Shown piece by piece: positions 9,166 through 18,007 of a DNA stretch of 64,000 nt. Position numbers and translations under genes: made by a program. The notes below the pieces were generated by a model, which worked only from the letters and a program-made list of their open reading frames with translations, had not been told where the DNA came from and searched no databases. The DNA lies in contig OZ219815.1 in assembly GCA_964291235.2 (NCBI GenBank), positions 640,001 to 704,000 on the forward strand. The letters are read 5' to 3'. Each line of letters starts with the position of its first letter. Position 1 is the stretch's first letter. Source of the DNA: Vicinamibacteria bacterium (lineage in GTDB: Bacteria; Acidobacteriota; Vicinamibacteria; Marinacidobacterales; Marinacidobacteraceae).

Positions 9166-10827
9166 ATGCGCAACCGGAGAGTCTGGACCCTGCTCCCGCT
9201 ACTGCTGGCGGGGCTCTTGCTGGCTGCCTGCGGCGGCGGCCCGGACATGGACGCGGAACCCGCCCCGACCGCGGCGGAGCTCGGGATCCGGCCTCAGGGG
9301 GACACGACGCTCAGTCCGGACATGTCCCGCGTCCCCGAGGAACTCCAGCAGGTGTTCCAGCACATCGACGACAACGCGGACCGGCACGTGATGAACCTCC
9401 GCCGCTGGATCCAGCAGCCGAGCATCTCCAACTCCGGCGAGGGGATCCCCGAGTCGGCCCAGATGGTGAAGGGTTTCTTCGACCAGCTCGGCTGCCAGCA
9501 TTCGCAGGTGTACGAGGTTCCGATGACCGAGTGGGGCCAGCCGGGCAATCCGGTCGTGTACGCGGACTGCGACTACGGCAAGGAAGACACCCTGCTCGTT
9601 TACTGGATGTACGACACGATGCCGATCACCCAGCCGGAGGCCTGGGTATTCCCGCCGTTCGACGGCGAGTTCACCGAGTTCGGCCCCTTCAAGAAGGTGA
9701 TGATCGGCCGCGGCACCACGAACTCGAAAGGGCCCCAGATGACCATGTGGAACGGGATGCACTCGATCTACGAGGTCACGGGATCCATGCCGGTGAACCT
9801 GATCTTCATCGCGGAAGGCGACGAAGAGCGGATGTCCATCGGCCTCCGCCAGTTTGTGCGGGAGAACCCCGAACTCTTCGCCCACGCTGACGCCATGTAC
9901 CGGACGGGGCGTCAGGCGCGGAGCGGAGCGGCCGGCTTCTCCGGCGGCTCCGAGGGTTGCGTTTACATCGAGTTGACCACCAGCGGCGAGAGTTGGGGCC
10001 GCGGGCCGTTGGCATCGAACATCCACGGCATCCACAAGCGTTCGACGGATGCCCCGCTGCTCCGCCACATCAAGATGCTGGACACCCTCATTACCGACGA
10101 CGGGAACGGGGTTCTGGTGCCGGGCTTTTACGACGGCGCGGTGCCGCTGTCACCGGCGGAAGAAGAAATGTTCCGCACCTCGGCGGAGAACCTCGATCTC
10201 GCGATTGCCGCAGAGAACATCGGCGTGGCCCGGTTCATGACGGACGACCCGCTCCAGCACTTGATGAACGCCCGCTACGGCATCTCCTTCAACATGGACG
10301 GCATCTGGTCCGGAAACATGTATCCGGGCGGAGCCGGCGCAATCCTGCCGAACCGGGTCACCTCCAAGCACAACATGCGCTACGTGCCCAACATGGACGG
10401 ACTCGAGATGGTTCAGAAGATCCGCGACTATCTCGACGCGCAGGGCTACGAGGACGTCGAAATGACGATCGTCGGGGACGTGCCCTGGTCGAAGAGCAAC
10501 TACAACAACCCGCTCGCCGACTCGGTCCGGGAGATGCTCTCCATCTTCGGGGTCCGCTACCGCGATCCGATCGCGGAGGACTCCATCCTCGGCGGCGGCT
10601 ACTGGCCGGCCTATCTGTTCAGCGGCCGGGACGGCACCCTGCCGGGCGGGACGGACCTGGCGATGCCGATCGTGGGCGGGGGTGTCGGACACGGCGGCGG
10701 CGCCCATGCCGCCAACGAGTTCTGGGTGATCGAGGGAGCCGGCGAAGTCTACGGAATGTTGGGCGGGGAAAAGTCGGTGGCGACCGTGCTCTACTCCTAC
10801 GCCGGATTGCTGGGCGATTCGAACTGA
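9166..10827 (+). CDS. M20/M25/M40-family metallohydrolase, lipoprotein
   Basis: Lipobox LAAC; GNPVVYA, EGDEE, dimerisation domain, C-terminal AHAANE; AAGGAG RBS (alternative start 9160). Confidence 0.85.
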   Translation: MRNRRVWTLLPLLLAGLLLAACGGGPDMDAEPAPTAAELGIRPQGDTTLSPDMSRVPEELQQVFQHIDDNADRHVMNLRRWIQQPSISNSGEGIPESAQMVKGFFDQLGCQHSQVYEVPMTEWGQPGNPVVYADCDYGKEDTLLVYWMYDTMPITQPEAWVFPPFDGEFTEFGPFKKVMIGRGTTNSKGPQMTMWNGMHSIYEVTGSMPVNLIFIAEGDEERMSIGLRQFVRENPELFAHADAMYRTGRQARSGAAGFSGGSEGCVYIELTTSGESWGRGPLASNIHGIHKRSTDAPLLRHIKMLDTLITDDGNGVLVPGFYDGAVPLSPAEEEMFRTSAENLDLAIAAENIGVARFMTDDPLQHLMNARYGISFNMDGIWSGNMYPGGAGAILPNRVTSKHNMRYVPNMDGLEMVQKIRDYLDAQGYEDVEMTIVGDVPWSKSNYNNPLADSVREMLSIFGVRYRDPIAEDSILGGGYWPAYLFSGRDGTLPGGTDLAMPIVGGGVGHGGGAHAANEFWVIEGAGEVYGMLGGEKSVATVLYSYAGLLGDSN

Positions 10828-10863
10828 CACCGAGCTCGCCTCCCGGAAACCAGGCGGCCCTCC

Positions 10864-10892
10864 TTGACATGGGGGGCCGCGGGGACTAGCGT
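10864..10892 (+). promoter_or_regulatory. Putative sigma70 promoter of rpsU-purD-purE
   Basis: TTGACA-17 nt-TAGCGT. Confidence 0.6.
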
Positions 10893-10973
10893 TCTCGCTT
10901 CCCCTTGGACCGCTCTCGGTCCGGGGTTTCTCATTTTTCACCAGAGCACGAGCGGAATCACACAGAGGATCTC

Positions 10974-11168
10974 TTGGCGGAAATCGTCGTCCAGGAAGGC
11001 GAAACGATCGATGTGGCACTCCGCCGCTTCAAGCGGCGGGTTCAGGCCGAAGACATCATCAAGGAAATCAAGCGCCACTCCTTTTATGTGAAACCGGGCG
11101 ACAAGCTGCGCGCCAAGCGGGCCGCAGCACGCAAGCGGGCCCGCAAGCGTCGGCGTCGTACGCGGTAG
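10974..11168 (+). CDS. rpsU: 30S ribosomal protein S21
   Basis: TTG start; MAEIVVQEGETIDVALRRFKR...FYVKPG..., basic tail. Confidence 0.93.
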   Translation: MAEIVVQEGETIDVALRRFKRRVQAEDIIKEIKRHSFYVKPGDKLRAKRAAARKRARKRRRRTR

Positions 11169-11192
11169 TCGGGCTGCTGCGCCGGCGGCGCC

Positions 11193-12476
11193 GTGCGGGT
11201 TCTGCTGGTTGGAAGCGGCGGGCGCGAACACGCGCTGGCGTGGGCGATCTCGCGCAGCCCTGAACTCGAGGAACTGATCGCGGCGCCCGGTAACCCCGGG
11301 ATCAGCCGACTGGCGCGCCCGGCGCCGGTGGGAGCCGAAGACGTCGGCGGTCTCGCCGGCCTTGCCTCCGCCGAGAGTGTGGATCTGGTCGTCGCCGGCC
11401 CGGAAGCGCCGCTCGCCGGAGGACTTGCCGATCGGCTGGCGGAGCGGGACATCCCCTGTTTCGGACCGCGGCAGGAAGCGGCGCTCCTCGAAGCCTCCAA
11501 GGAGTTCGCCAAGGACTTCATGGGCCGCCACGGAATTCCGACGGCCCGTCACACCGTGGTGCGGGAGGCGAGATCGGCGCGGTCGGCGCTTCGCTCCGGG
11601 GACTATGGCGAGCGGCCGGTGATCAAGGCGAGCGGACTCGCCGCCGGCAAGGGCGTCTTCCTCCCGGCGGACCTCGACGCCGCCGAACGGGACGCGGTGC
11701 GGCTTCTGGAAGGCGGCCTCGGCGAGGCCGGCAAGGCAGTGGTCATCGAGGAGCGGCTCGTGGGGCCCGAACTGAGCGTGTTCGCCATCAGCGACGGAAC
11801 CCGGGCGGTCGGGTGCGGGACCGCGCAGGACTACAAGCGACGCTTCGAGAACGACGAGGGCCCGAACACCGGAGGCATGGGAAGCCTGAGCCCCGGCCTC
11901 GGCGCCGACGCCGCGACCATGGAACGAGTGCGCCGCGAGATCGTGGAACCGACAATCGCCGGACTGCGCGCCGAAGGGCGCGAGTACCGGGGAGTGCTCT
12001 ACGCGGGGTTGATGCTGACCGCGGACGGGCCGAAGGTGTTGGAGTTCAACGTGCGATTCGGCGACCCGGAGGCGCAGACGCTCATGCCGCGGCTGGACTC
12101 CGACTTGCTGCCGCTGTTCCATGGTGCCGCCAGCGGACGGCTACCCGAGACAGCCATCCGCTTCCGGCCGGAACCCGCCGTCACCGTGATCCTGGCGTCG
12201 GACGGGTACCCCGGAGCCTACCGGAAGGGCGTTCCGATCCAGGGACTTCCGGATGCGGTCGAAGTCGGAAACGCCTACGTATTCCACGCGGGAACCCGGA
12301 TGGGCGCGGCCGGAATCGAGACCGCGGGCGGACGGGTGATCGCGGTGACCGGAGTCGGCGCCGACTGGGAGAGCGCGCGAAGCGCCGCCTACCGGACGGC
12401 CGATTCCATTACCTGGGAGAAAAAGGCCTGCCGCCGCGACATCGCGGCGGCCGCAATCCAAAAGGAGACAACATGA
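11193..12476 (+). CDS. purD: Phosphoribosylamine--glycine ligase
   Basis: GSGGREHALAW, GLAAGKGV, GPNTGGMG, EFNVRFGDPE. Confidence 0.97.
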   Translation: MRVLLVGSGGREHALAWAISRSPELEELIAAPGNPGISRLARPAPVGAEDVGGLAGLASAESVDLVVAGPEAPLAGGLADRLAERDIPCFGPRQEAALLEASKEFAKDFMGRHGIPTARHTVVREARSARSALRSGDYGERPVIKASGLAAGKGVFLPADLDAAERDAVRLLEGGLGEAGKAVVIEERLVGPELSVFAISDGTRAVGCGTAQDYKRRFENDEGPNTGGMGSLSPGLGADAATMERVRREIVEPTIAGLRAEGREYRGVLYAGLMLTADGPKVLEFNVRFGDPEAQTLMPRLDSDLLPLFHGAASGRLPETAIRFRPEPAVTVILASDGYPGAYRKGVPIQGLPDAVEVGNAYVFHAGTRMGAAGIETAGGRVIAVTGVGADWESARSAAYRTADSITWEKKACRRDIAAAAIQKETT

Positions 12477-12979
12477 GTTCCACCGGCAACCCCAAAGTCC
12501 TCATCGTGATGGGCAGCCCCTCGGACATCGAGGTCATGCGAGAGGCCAAGAAAGTCCTGCAGTCGCTCGGCGTCTCCTGCCGGATGGGCATCTATTCCGC
12601 GCACCGCACCCCCGCCCGCGCCGCCGCGCTGGCGGAGAGCGCCCGCGAAAACGGGGTGGTCGCGATCATCGCCGGAGCCGGAATGGCCGCTCATCTGGCC
12701 GGAGCGATGGCCGCCCGCACCATTCTGCCGGTCATCGGCGTTCCGCTGGCGGCTTCGCTCAGCGGGCTCGACGCCTTGCTCGCCACCGTGCAGATGCCTC
12801 CGGGGTTTCCGGTTGGAACCGTCGCGGTCGGGAAGGCCGGCGCCCAGAACGCGGCCCACTTCGCGGCGCAGATCGTGGCGCTCAGCGACTCCGCGGTCGC
12901 CGAGCAGATCATCGCGTGGCGCCGCGCCAAGGCGGCCGCCGCCGAAACCGCCTCCGACGAGCTCGAAGCCGAAGACTGA
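12473..12979 (+). CDS. purE: N5-CAIR mutase / AIR carboxylase
   Basis: MGSPSD, SAHRTP, AGMAAHLAG, VQMPPG; AAGGAG RBS; overlaps the purD stop. Confidence 0.96.
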   Translation: MSSTGNPKVLIVMGSPSDIEVMREAKKVLQSLGVSCRMGIYSAHRTPARAAALAESARENGVVAIIAGAGMAAHLAGAMAARTILPVIGVPLAASLSGLDALLATVQMPPGFPVGTVAVGKAGAQNAAHFAAQIVALSDSAVAEQIIAWRRAKAAAAETASDELEAED

Positions 12980-12998
12980 GAAGCGCGGGGGACCGCCT

Positions 12999-13050
12999 GG
13001 AGCAACGGCCTCCGGCCGGCATCGCTCGCCCGAGGCGAGCGAAACGCACA
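12999..13050 (+). repeat. REP-like unit (family B)
   Basis: GGAGCAACGGCCTCCGGCCGGCA-TCGCTCGCC(CGA)GGCGAGCGA-AAC; same layout as the units at 25951-26300. Confidence 0.7.
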
Positions 13051-13074
13051 GCAGCGTCCGGAGAATTGAAGAAA

Positions 13075-15690
13075 ATGTTCACCCGTGTCACACCGCAATG
13101 GCGAAGTCATTGCCTGGCGATGCTCCTGGCGCTCGCCCCTTCGTTGCTCGCGGCCCAACCCACCGGATCCATCGAAGGCCGGGTCGTTGATGCAACCGGC
13201 AGCGCGCTCCCCGGGGCTACCGTGTCCTTGATCGGCGACGTCCCCGCGGGCGCGGAACCGCAGATCACCGCCGCCAACGGCCGCTTCACCTTCGGGGACG
13301 TTCCGGTTGGCGACTACCTGGTCGAAGCCACCCTGCCCGGCTTCGACACGCGCAGCGAACCCGCTTCCGTCGAGGCTGACGCGGTCGCGCGGCTCGAGTT
13401 GATTCTCCCGATCAGCCGGGTCATGGAATCCATCACGGTGGTGGCCGAGGAGCCGCGGAGCTTCGCTACCAACGTGGTGGCCGAACCGATGGTCGCCCAG
13501 CAGTCTCCGATCACGAGCGTGCTGGCCGTGGTGGACAACCTCCCCGGCGTCTCCATTCAGGAGGGGGACAGCTACGGCACCGACGATTGGTCCACCAGCA
13601 TTTCGATGCGCGGCTTCCAGGTCAATCTCGACGAAGCGCAGATCGGGACGACGATCGACGGGATGCCGAACGGCACCTCGGACTACTGGAGCGGCTCCAA
13701 GGCCAACCGGTTCGTGGACCCGGCGAACATGGGCGGAGTCACGGTCTCTCAGGGAACCGCGGACATCGCCTCACGGTCCATCGAGGCGCTCGGCGGAACC
13801 CTCGATTTCACGACCGACGAACCGGAACACGAGCGGAAGTTCACCGCGGCCCTCGATCTGGGGTCCGATGACGGCCAACGGTTCTACCTGCGCATGGACA
13901 CCGGGCACCTCTTCGGCCAGGAAATCCGCGCCTGGGTTTCCGCGGTGCGCCAGGAAAGCCGCGACTGGATCCAGGGGTTCGCCCGGAGCGAGCGGGACCA
14001 CCTGGCCGGCAAGATTCGGGCGGGCGTCGGCCGCCTGGACCTTTCGGCGTACGTTTCCTACGACGACACCGACAACGCTTCCTACCAGCGGCTCACGTCC
14101 GATGCCGAGTTCCGAAGCGATCCCCGCTGGGACCGCCTGATCGACACCTGGACGGACACGCCGTGGGTCAACCAGCTGTACCGTCCCGGCTGGTCCATTC
14201 CGCGAAAGAACACCTTCGGCTATGTGAAGGCCGACTTCGCCGCCACCGATGTTCTCTCGATCACCGGTGGCGCCTACTACCACCGGCAGTGGGGACGGGG
14301 TGATTGGCTGCCTCCGTACCTCGTGGACGTCACGGCGGACGGCGGAGGTGCGGAATCGGAACTGGCGTCCGGCTTCACCGCCCGCGGCGGTGAACCGCTC
14401 GGTCAGGTCCAATTCGTGGATCCGGAAGGCGTCCCGCTGGCGCCGCGGCCCGGGTGCGTCTCCTCGCTGCAGTTCCCCTACGGGGGCGCCGGGCCGGAGT
14501 TCGACCCCGCGTGTCACCCGGCCGGTGCGGTCCCGCAGCAGTCCTACCGGCACAGCCACTACGGCAAGGAGCGGGTCGGCCTCACCCTCGATGGGGACTG
14601 GTTCGGGCAACTCGCCCTGGGCGGCAACCGGCTCCGCGCCGGACTCTGGGCCGAAGACGGCCGGCGGGACCTCGGCCGGGATTGGCACAAGGTCGTGGAC
14701 GCCCGGGTCTCCCATCACTACGACGACACCCCCTACTGGCGCCAGTACGACTGGCAGTTCCCGCAGTCGGTGATCAAGTGGTACGTCGAGGACACCCTGT
14801 TCGCCGGCCCCCTGGCCATCAACGCGGGGGTCCGGCAGTACCTCGTGGAGGTGGGCCGGAAAGACCACTTCGGCGACACCTCCGAACTCTCGGTGTCCTC
14901 GGATTCGGACCTTCTCCTCTCCGGCGGACTCACCTACACCGCCCCGGTTCCCGGGCTCGAGCTCTTCGCCGGGTACGCGCAGAACTTCAAATCGCTTTCC
15001 GACCGGCTCCTCGAAGTGCCGGGACGGAGTCTCGATGGACTCGAACCCGAGACCGCGGAAAACCTGGACGTCGGGTTCCGCTACTCCGGAGATCGCTTCG
15101 CCGCCACCGCCACCTACTATCGGATCGATTTCCAGAACCGGATCTTCTTCCTTTCGCCCCAAACGGCCGCCGGCCCGAACTACCTGATCGCCGGAGGCGG
15201 CTCGTACTTCAATGCCGGCGGCATCGACTCCCGGGGGTTGGAGCTGTCGGCGACGCTACGGGTCACGGAATCCACGTCGTTCTACACGGCCTGGACCCGA
15301 AACGACGCGACCTACCTCGGCGCCGGCGATCCGCTCGTCTCCGCCGCCCAGGGCATCCGGCCCGGGAGTCAGGTCGTCGGGGTGCCGCGCACACTCGTCG
15401 TAGTTTCGGCCGACCACGGCGGAGAACCGGTGGCCGTGGGTATCTCCGCGAAGTACACCGGGACGCGGGGCGTCACCCTGGACGGCTCGTGGAACGCAGA
15501 CGCCTACTGGCTCCTCGACGCCTACTTCCGCTGGTCGGCGGGCCGGATCAGCGAGAGACTCCGGGGCCTCGAAGTCGCCTTGATCGGCAACAACCTGCTC
15601 GACCGGCCCTATCTCGCCACCATCAGCGGGCAGGCGGCCTTCCTGGGCGCCCCGCGTACCGTGTCGCTGAACGTGACCACCTCGTTCTGA
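13075..15690 (+). CDS. TonB-dependent receptor with N-terminal carboxypeptidase-regulatory-like domain
   Basis: Signal peptide, GSIEGRVVD...LPGATV, ESITVVAE, plug (LPGV, SMRGF), LEPETAEN, NNLLD, terminal F; start uncertain (13075 or 13120). Confidence 0.9.
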   Translation: MFTRVTPQWRSHCLAMLLALAPSLLAAQPTGSIEGRVVDATGSALPGATVSLIGDVPAGAEPQITAANGRFTFGDVPVGDYLVEATLPGFDTRSEPASVEADAVARLELILPISRVMESITVVAEEPRSFATNVVAEPMVAQQSPITSVLAVVDNLPGVSIQEGDSYGTDDWSTSISMRGFQVNLDEAQIGTTIDGMPNGTSDYWSGSKANRFVDPANMGGVTVSQGTADIASRSIEALGGTLDFTTDEPEHERKFTAALDLGSDDGQRFYLRMDTGHLFGQEIRAWVSAVRQESRDWIQGFARSERDHLAGKIRAGVGRLDLSAYVSYDDTDNASYQRLTSDAEFRSDPRWDRLIDTWTDTPWVNQLYRPGWSIPRKNTFGYVKADFAATDVLSITGGAYYHRQWGRGDWLPPYLVDVTADGGGAESELASGFTARGGEPLGQVQFVDPEGVPLAPRPGCVSSLQFPYGGAGPEFDPACHPAGAVPQQSYRHSHYGKERVGLTLDGDWFGQLALGGNRLRAGLWAEDGRRDLGRDWHKVVDARVSHHYDDTPYWRQYDWQFPQSVIKWYVEDTLFAGPLAINAGVRQYLVEVGRKDHFGDTSELSVSSDSDLLLSGGLTYTAPVPGLELFAGYAQNFKSLSDRLLEVPGRSLDGLEPETAENLDVGFRYSGDRFAATATYYRIDFQNRIFFLSPQTAAGPNYLIAGGGSYFNAGGIDSRGLELSATLRVTESTSFYTAWTRNDATYLGAGDPLVSAAQGIRPGSQVVGVPRTLVVVSADHGGEPVAVGISAKYTGTRGVTLDGSWNADAYWLLDAYFRWSAGRISERLRGLEVALIGNNLLDRPYLATISGQAAFLGAPRTVSLNVTTSF

Positions 15691-15727
15691 GCGGCAGCGG
15701 CGACTCGGCCGGAAACGACCAGCCACT

Positions 15728-16848
15728 TCAGGCCGGGGTTGCGGCCAGTTGGCCGCAGGCCGCGAGGACGTCCTTTCCGCGGCTGCGCCGGAGGGTGGCG
15801 ATGAAGCCGGCCGCCGAGACGCGGCCCAGGAAACGTTCGGCGTCTTGCTCGGTCCCCGTGCCAGATGGATCGGCCGATGGGGCGGCCCGGGAGACGGATC
15901 CTCCCAGGGGTTGAAGGCGATCAGGTTCACGTGAGGACGGATCCCGGACGCGGTCAGGCGGCGCAGTTGCCGCAGCAGTTCCCGGGCGTCGTCGGGGCGG
16001 TCGTTCTCACCGCCGAGCAGGACGTACTCGATGGTGATCCGGCGGCTTGACGGAGGCAGCTCCTCCAGCGCCGCGACAATCTCCGGGATCCGGTGGCGCC
16101 GACCGATCGGCATGAAGCGGCCCCGCGTGGCGTCGTCGCCGGCATGGAGACTGATGGCGATTCCCACGTGTGGAGCGGCGTGGCCCAGCTTGCCCATCTC
16201 CTCGGGCAGTCCGACCGTGGAGACGGTGACCCGACGGGGAGGGATATCGAACCCGTCGGAATCGGTGAGGAACTCCAGGGAACCGATCACGGCGTCGGTG
16301 TTCAGGAGGGGCTCGCCCATCCCCATGTAAACGACGTTCCGCCTGCCCTTGGCGGCCTCCGGAGCGGCGCGCTCGGCGAGCAGCACCTGGGCGGCCACTT
16401 CGCCGGCGGTGAGGTTCCGGCGGAACGGGATGGCGCCGGAGCGGCAGAAGGTGCAGGCGAGGGGACAGCCGACCTGGGTGGAGACGCAGACCGTCAGGTC
16501 GGAGGCGGCGCCGTCCGCTCCCTGGGATCGCCCTGACCGAGCGCCCGCGGCGTCGCGCCGGTTCCCGATCACCACAGTCTCGACCAGGAGGCCGTCCTCC
16601 AGCTCGATCAGCAGCTTGACGGCGCCGTCGCCGGATTGCGCCGACTCCACCACCCGCGGGTGCGCGATGCGGAACCGGGCAGCGAGATCATCCCGCAGCG
16701 CGGCGGAGAGATCGGTCATCTCCCGAAAGTCGGCGTGGCCATGCCGGTAGAGATGGCGGAAGAGTTGGCGTCCGCGGTACGGCGGGAGGCCGAGATCTTC
16801 CGCCACCTGGATCAGTTCCGCGCGGGAGAGACCGTAAAGATTTTGCAC
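15728..16848 (-). pseudogene. rlmN: Dual-specificity RNA methyltransferase RlmN, frameshifted (true pseudogene or sequencing error)
   Basis: CVSTQVGCPLACTFC radical-SAM motif, MGMGEP, EYVLLGGEND; the conserved end RRSRGKDVLAACGQL is in another frame after a G4 run at 15854-15857. Confidence 0.88.
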
Positions 16849-16993
16849 TGGGGACCCACGATACATCGGGGGTGGCGTGCGGGCCGGCAGGACGGTGCTG
16901 TCCGGAAGCGGGGCGACACGCCGGTTTCGCGCCCCTGCGGGCAGCGATCCCGGTCCGGAAGCTCCGATCGGGACAACGGGACGGCGCTCCTCT

Positions 16994-17041
16994 CCACAAC
17001 CCATTGTGGTCCACCCCGCCGAAACCCCCAATATGTTGGGG
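16994..17041. promoter_or_regulatory. Tandem NrdR-box-like palindromes
   Basis: CCACAACCCATTGTGG (16994-17009) and CCCCAATATGTTGGGG (17026-17041), 32 bp apart start to start. Confidence 0.65.
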
Positions 17042-17049
17042 GTCAGGCG

Positions 17050-17079
17050 TTGACCCTGAGCGAGGGCGGGTGCTACGCT
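17050..17079 (+). promoter_or_regulatory. Putative sigma70 promoter of the MBL hydrolase-pur operon
   Basis: TTGACC-18 nt-TACGCT with an extended TGn -10 element. Confidence 0.5.
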
Positions 17080-17130
17080 CCGGGCCTCCGAATCGCCGTG
17101 TTCAGCGCCCTTCCCTGAGGCCCGAAAATC

Positions 17131-18003
17131 GTGGAAATCAGCCTGCGTGTCCTTGGTTCCGGAAGTTCCGGAAACGCGGCGTTGATCTCGGGCGGACCCA
17201 CCACGCTGCTCGTGGAAGCCGGCCTTTCCTGCCGCGGCCTCGAGAAGCGGATCGCGGAGGCCGGACGCCGTCCTTCCGACATCGCCGCCGTGCTCGTCTC
17301 CCACGAGCACGGCGACCATTGCAAGAGCGCCACCACCTTCGCGGCGAAACACGGTATTCCGGTCGCCTGCACCGAGGGCACCTGGCAGTGTCTCCTGTCG
17401 AAGAACGGTTCCGAGACGCCCGATTGGCTTCCGCTGGCCCCGGGCGAGAGCCGCCGCATCGGAACCATCACGGTCGGCCCGTTCCGGACTCCCCACGACG
17501 CCCGGGACCCCATCGGGTTCCGGTTCGAGCGCGGGAGCGCGATCCTCGTTCACGCAACCGATTTCGGCCACCTCTCGCGGGAAATGGAAGAAGCCATGGA
17601 AGGCGCGTCGGTGTTGCTGATCGAGTCCAACTACGACGAACAGCAGCTCTTCGAGAGCCGCTACCCGTTCTCCATCCGCCAGCGGATCGCCTCCACGCGC
17701 GGCCATCTGTCGAACGGCGCCCTGGCGCTGTATCTCCGGCGACGACTGCCAGCTTCGGTGAACACGGTGGTACTCGCCCACCTCTCGGAGAACACCAACA
17801 CCCCCGAACTCGCACTGCGGACGGCTCGCGCGGCGCTCGATGCCGGTGGGCGGCGCGAGGTGCGGTTGCTCGTTGCCCGGCGCCACCACCTGACGGAAGA
17901 AATCTGGACTCGACCCACCCGCGTCGCCGCGAAGACTCCCGCGCTGCCCCGGGTCAACCGCCTGCTGAACCCCGTACCTCTGCGAGCCCCCACGCTGTTC
18001 TGA
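17131..18003 (+). CDS. MBL-fold metallohydrolase (YycJ/WalJ-like)
   Basis: LGSGSSGNA, SHEHGDH, PHDA, TDFG, ESNYD, GHLSN, LAHLSENTN. Confidence 0.9.
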   Translation: MEISLRVLGSGSSGNAALISGGPTTLLVEAGLSCRGLEKRIAEAGRRPSDIAAVLVSHEHGDHCKSATTFAAKHGIPVACTEGTWQCLLSKNGSETPDWLPLAPGESRRIGTITVGPFRTPHDARDPIGFRFERGSAILVHATDFGHLSREMEEAMEGASVLLIESNYDEQQLFESRYPFSIRQRIASTRGHLSNGALALYLRRRLPASVNTVVLAHLSENTNTPELALRTARAALDAGGRREVRLLVARRHHLTEEIWTRPTRVAAKTPALPRVNRLLNPVPLRAPTLF

Positions 18004-18007
18004 TTCG

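Noticed and set aside
12980-13075. Cobalamin or TPP riboswitch before the TonB receptor
   Set aside because: The spacer is short, is explained by a REP unit, and shows no riboswitch consensus.
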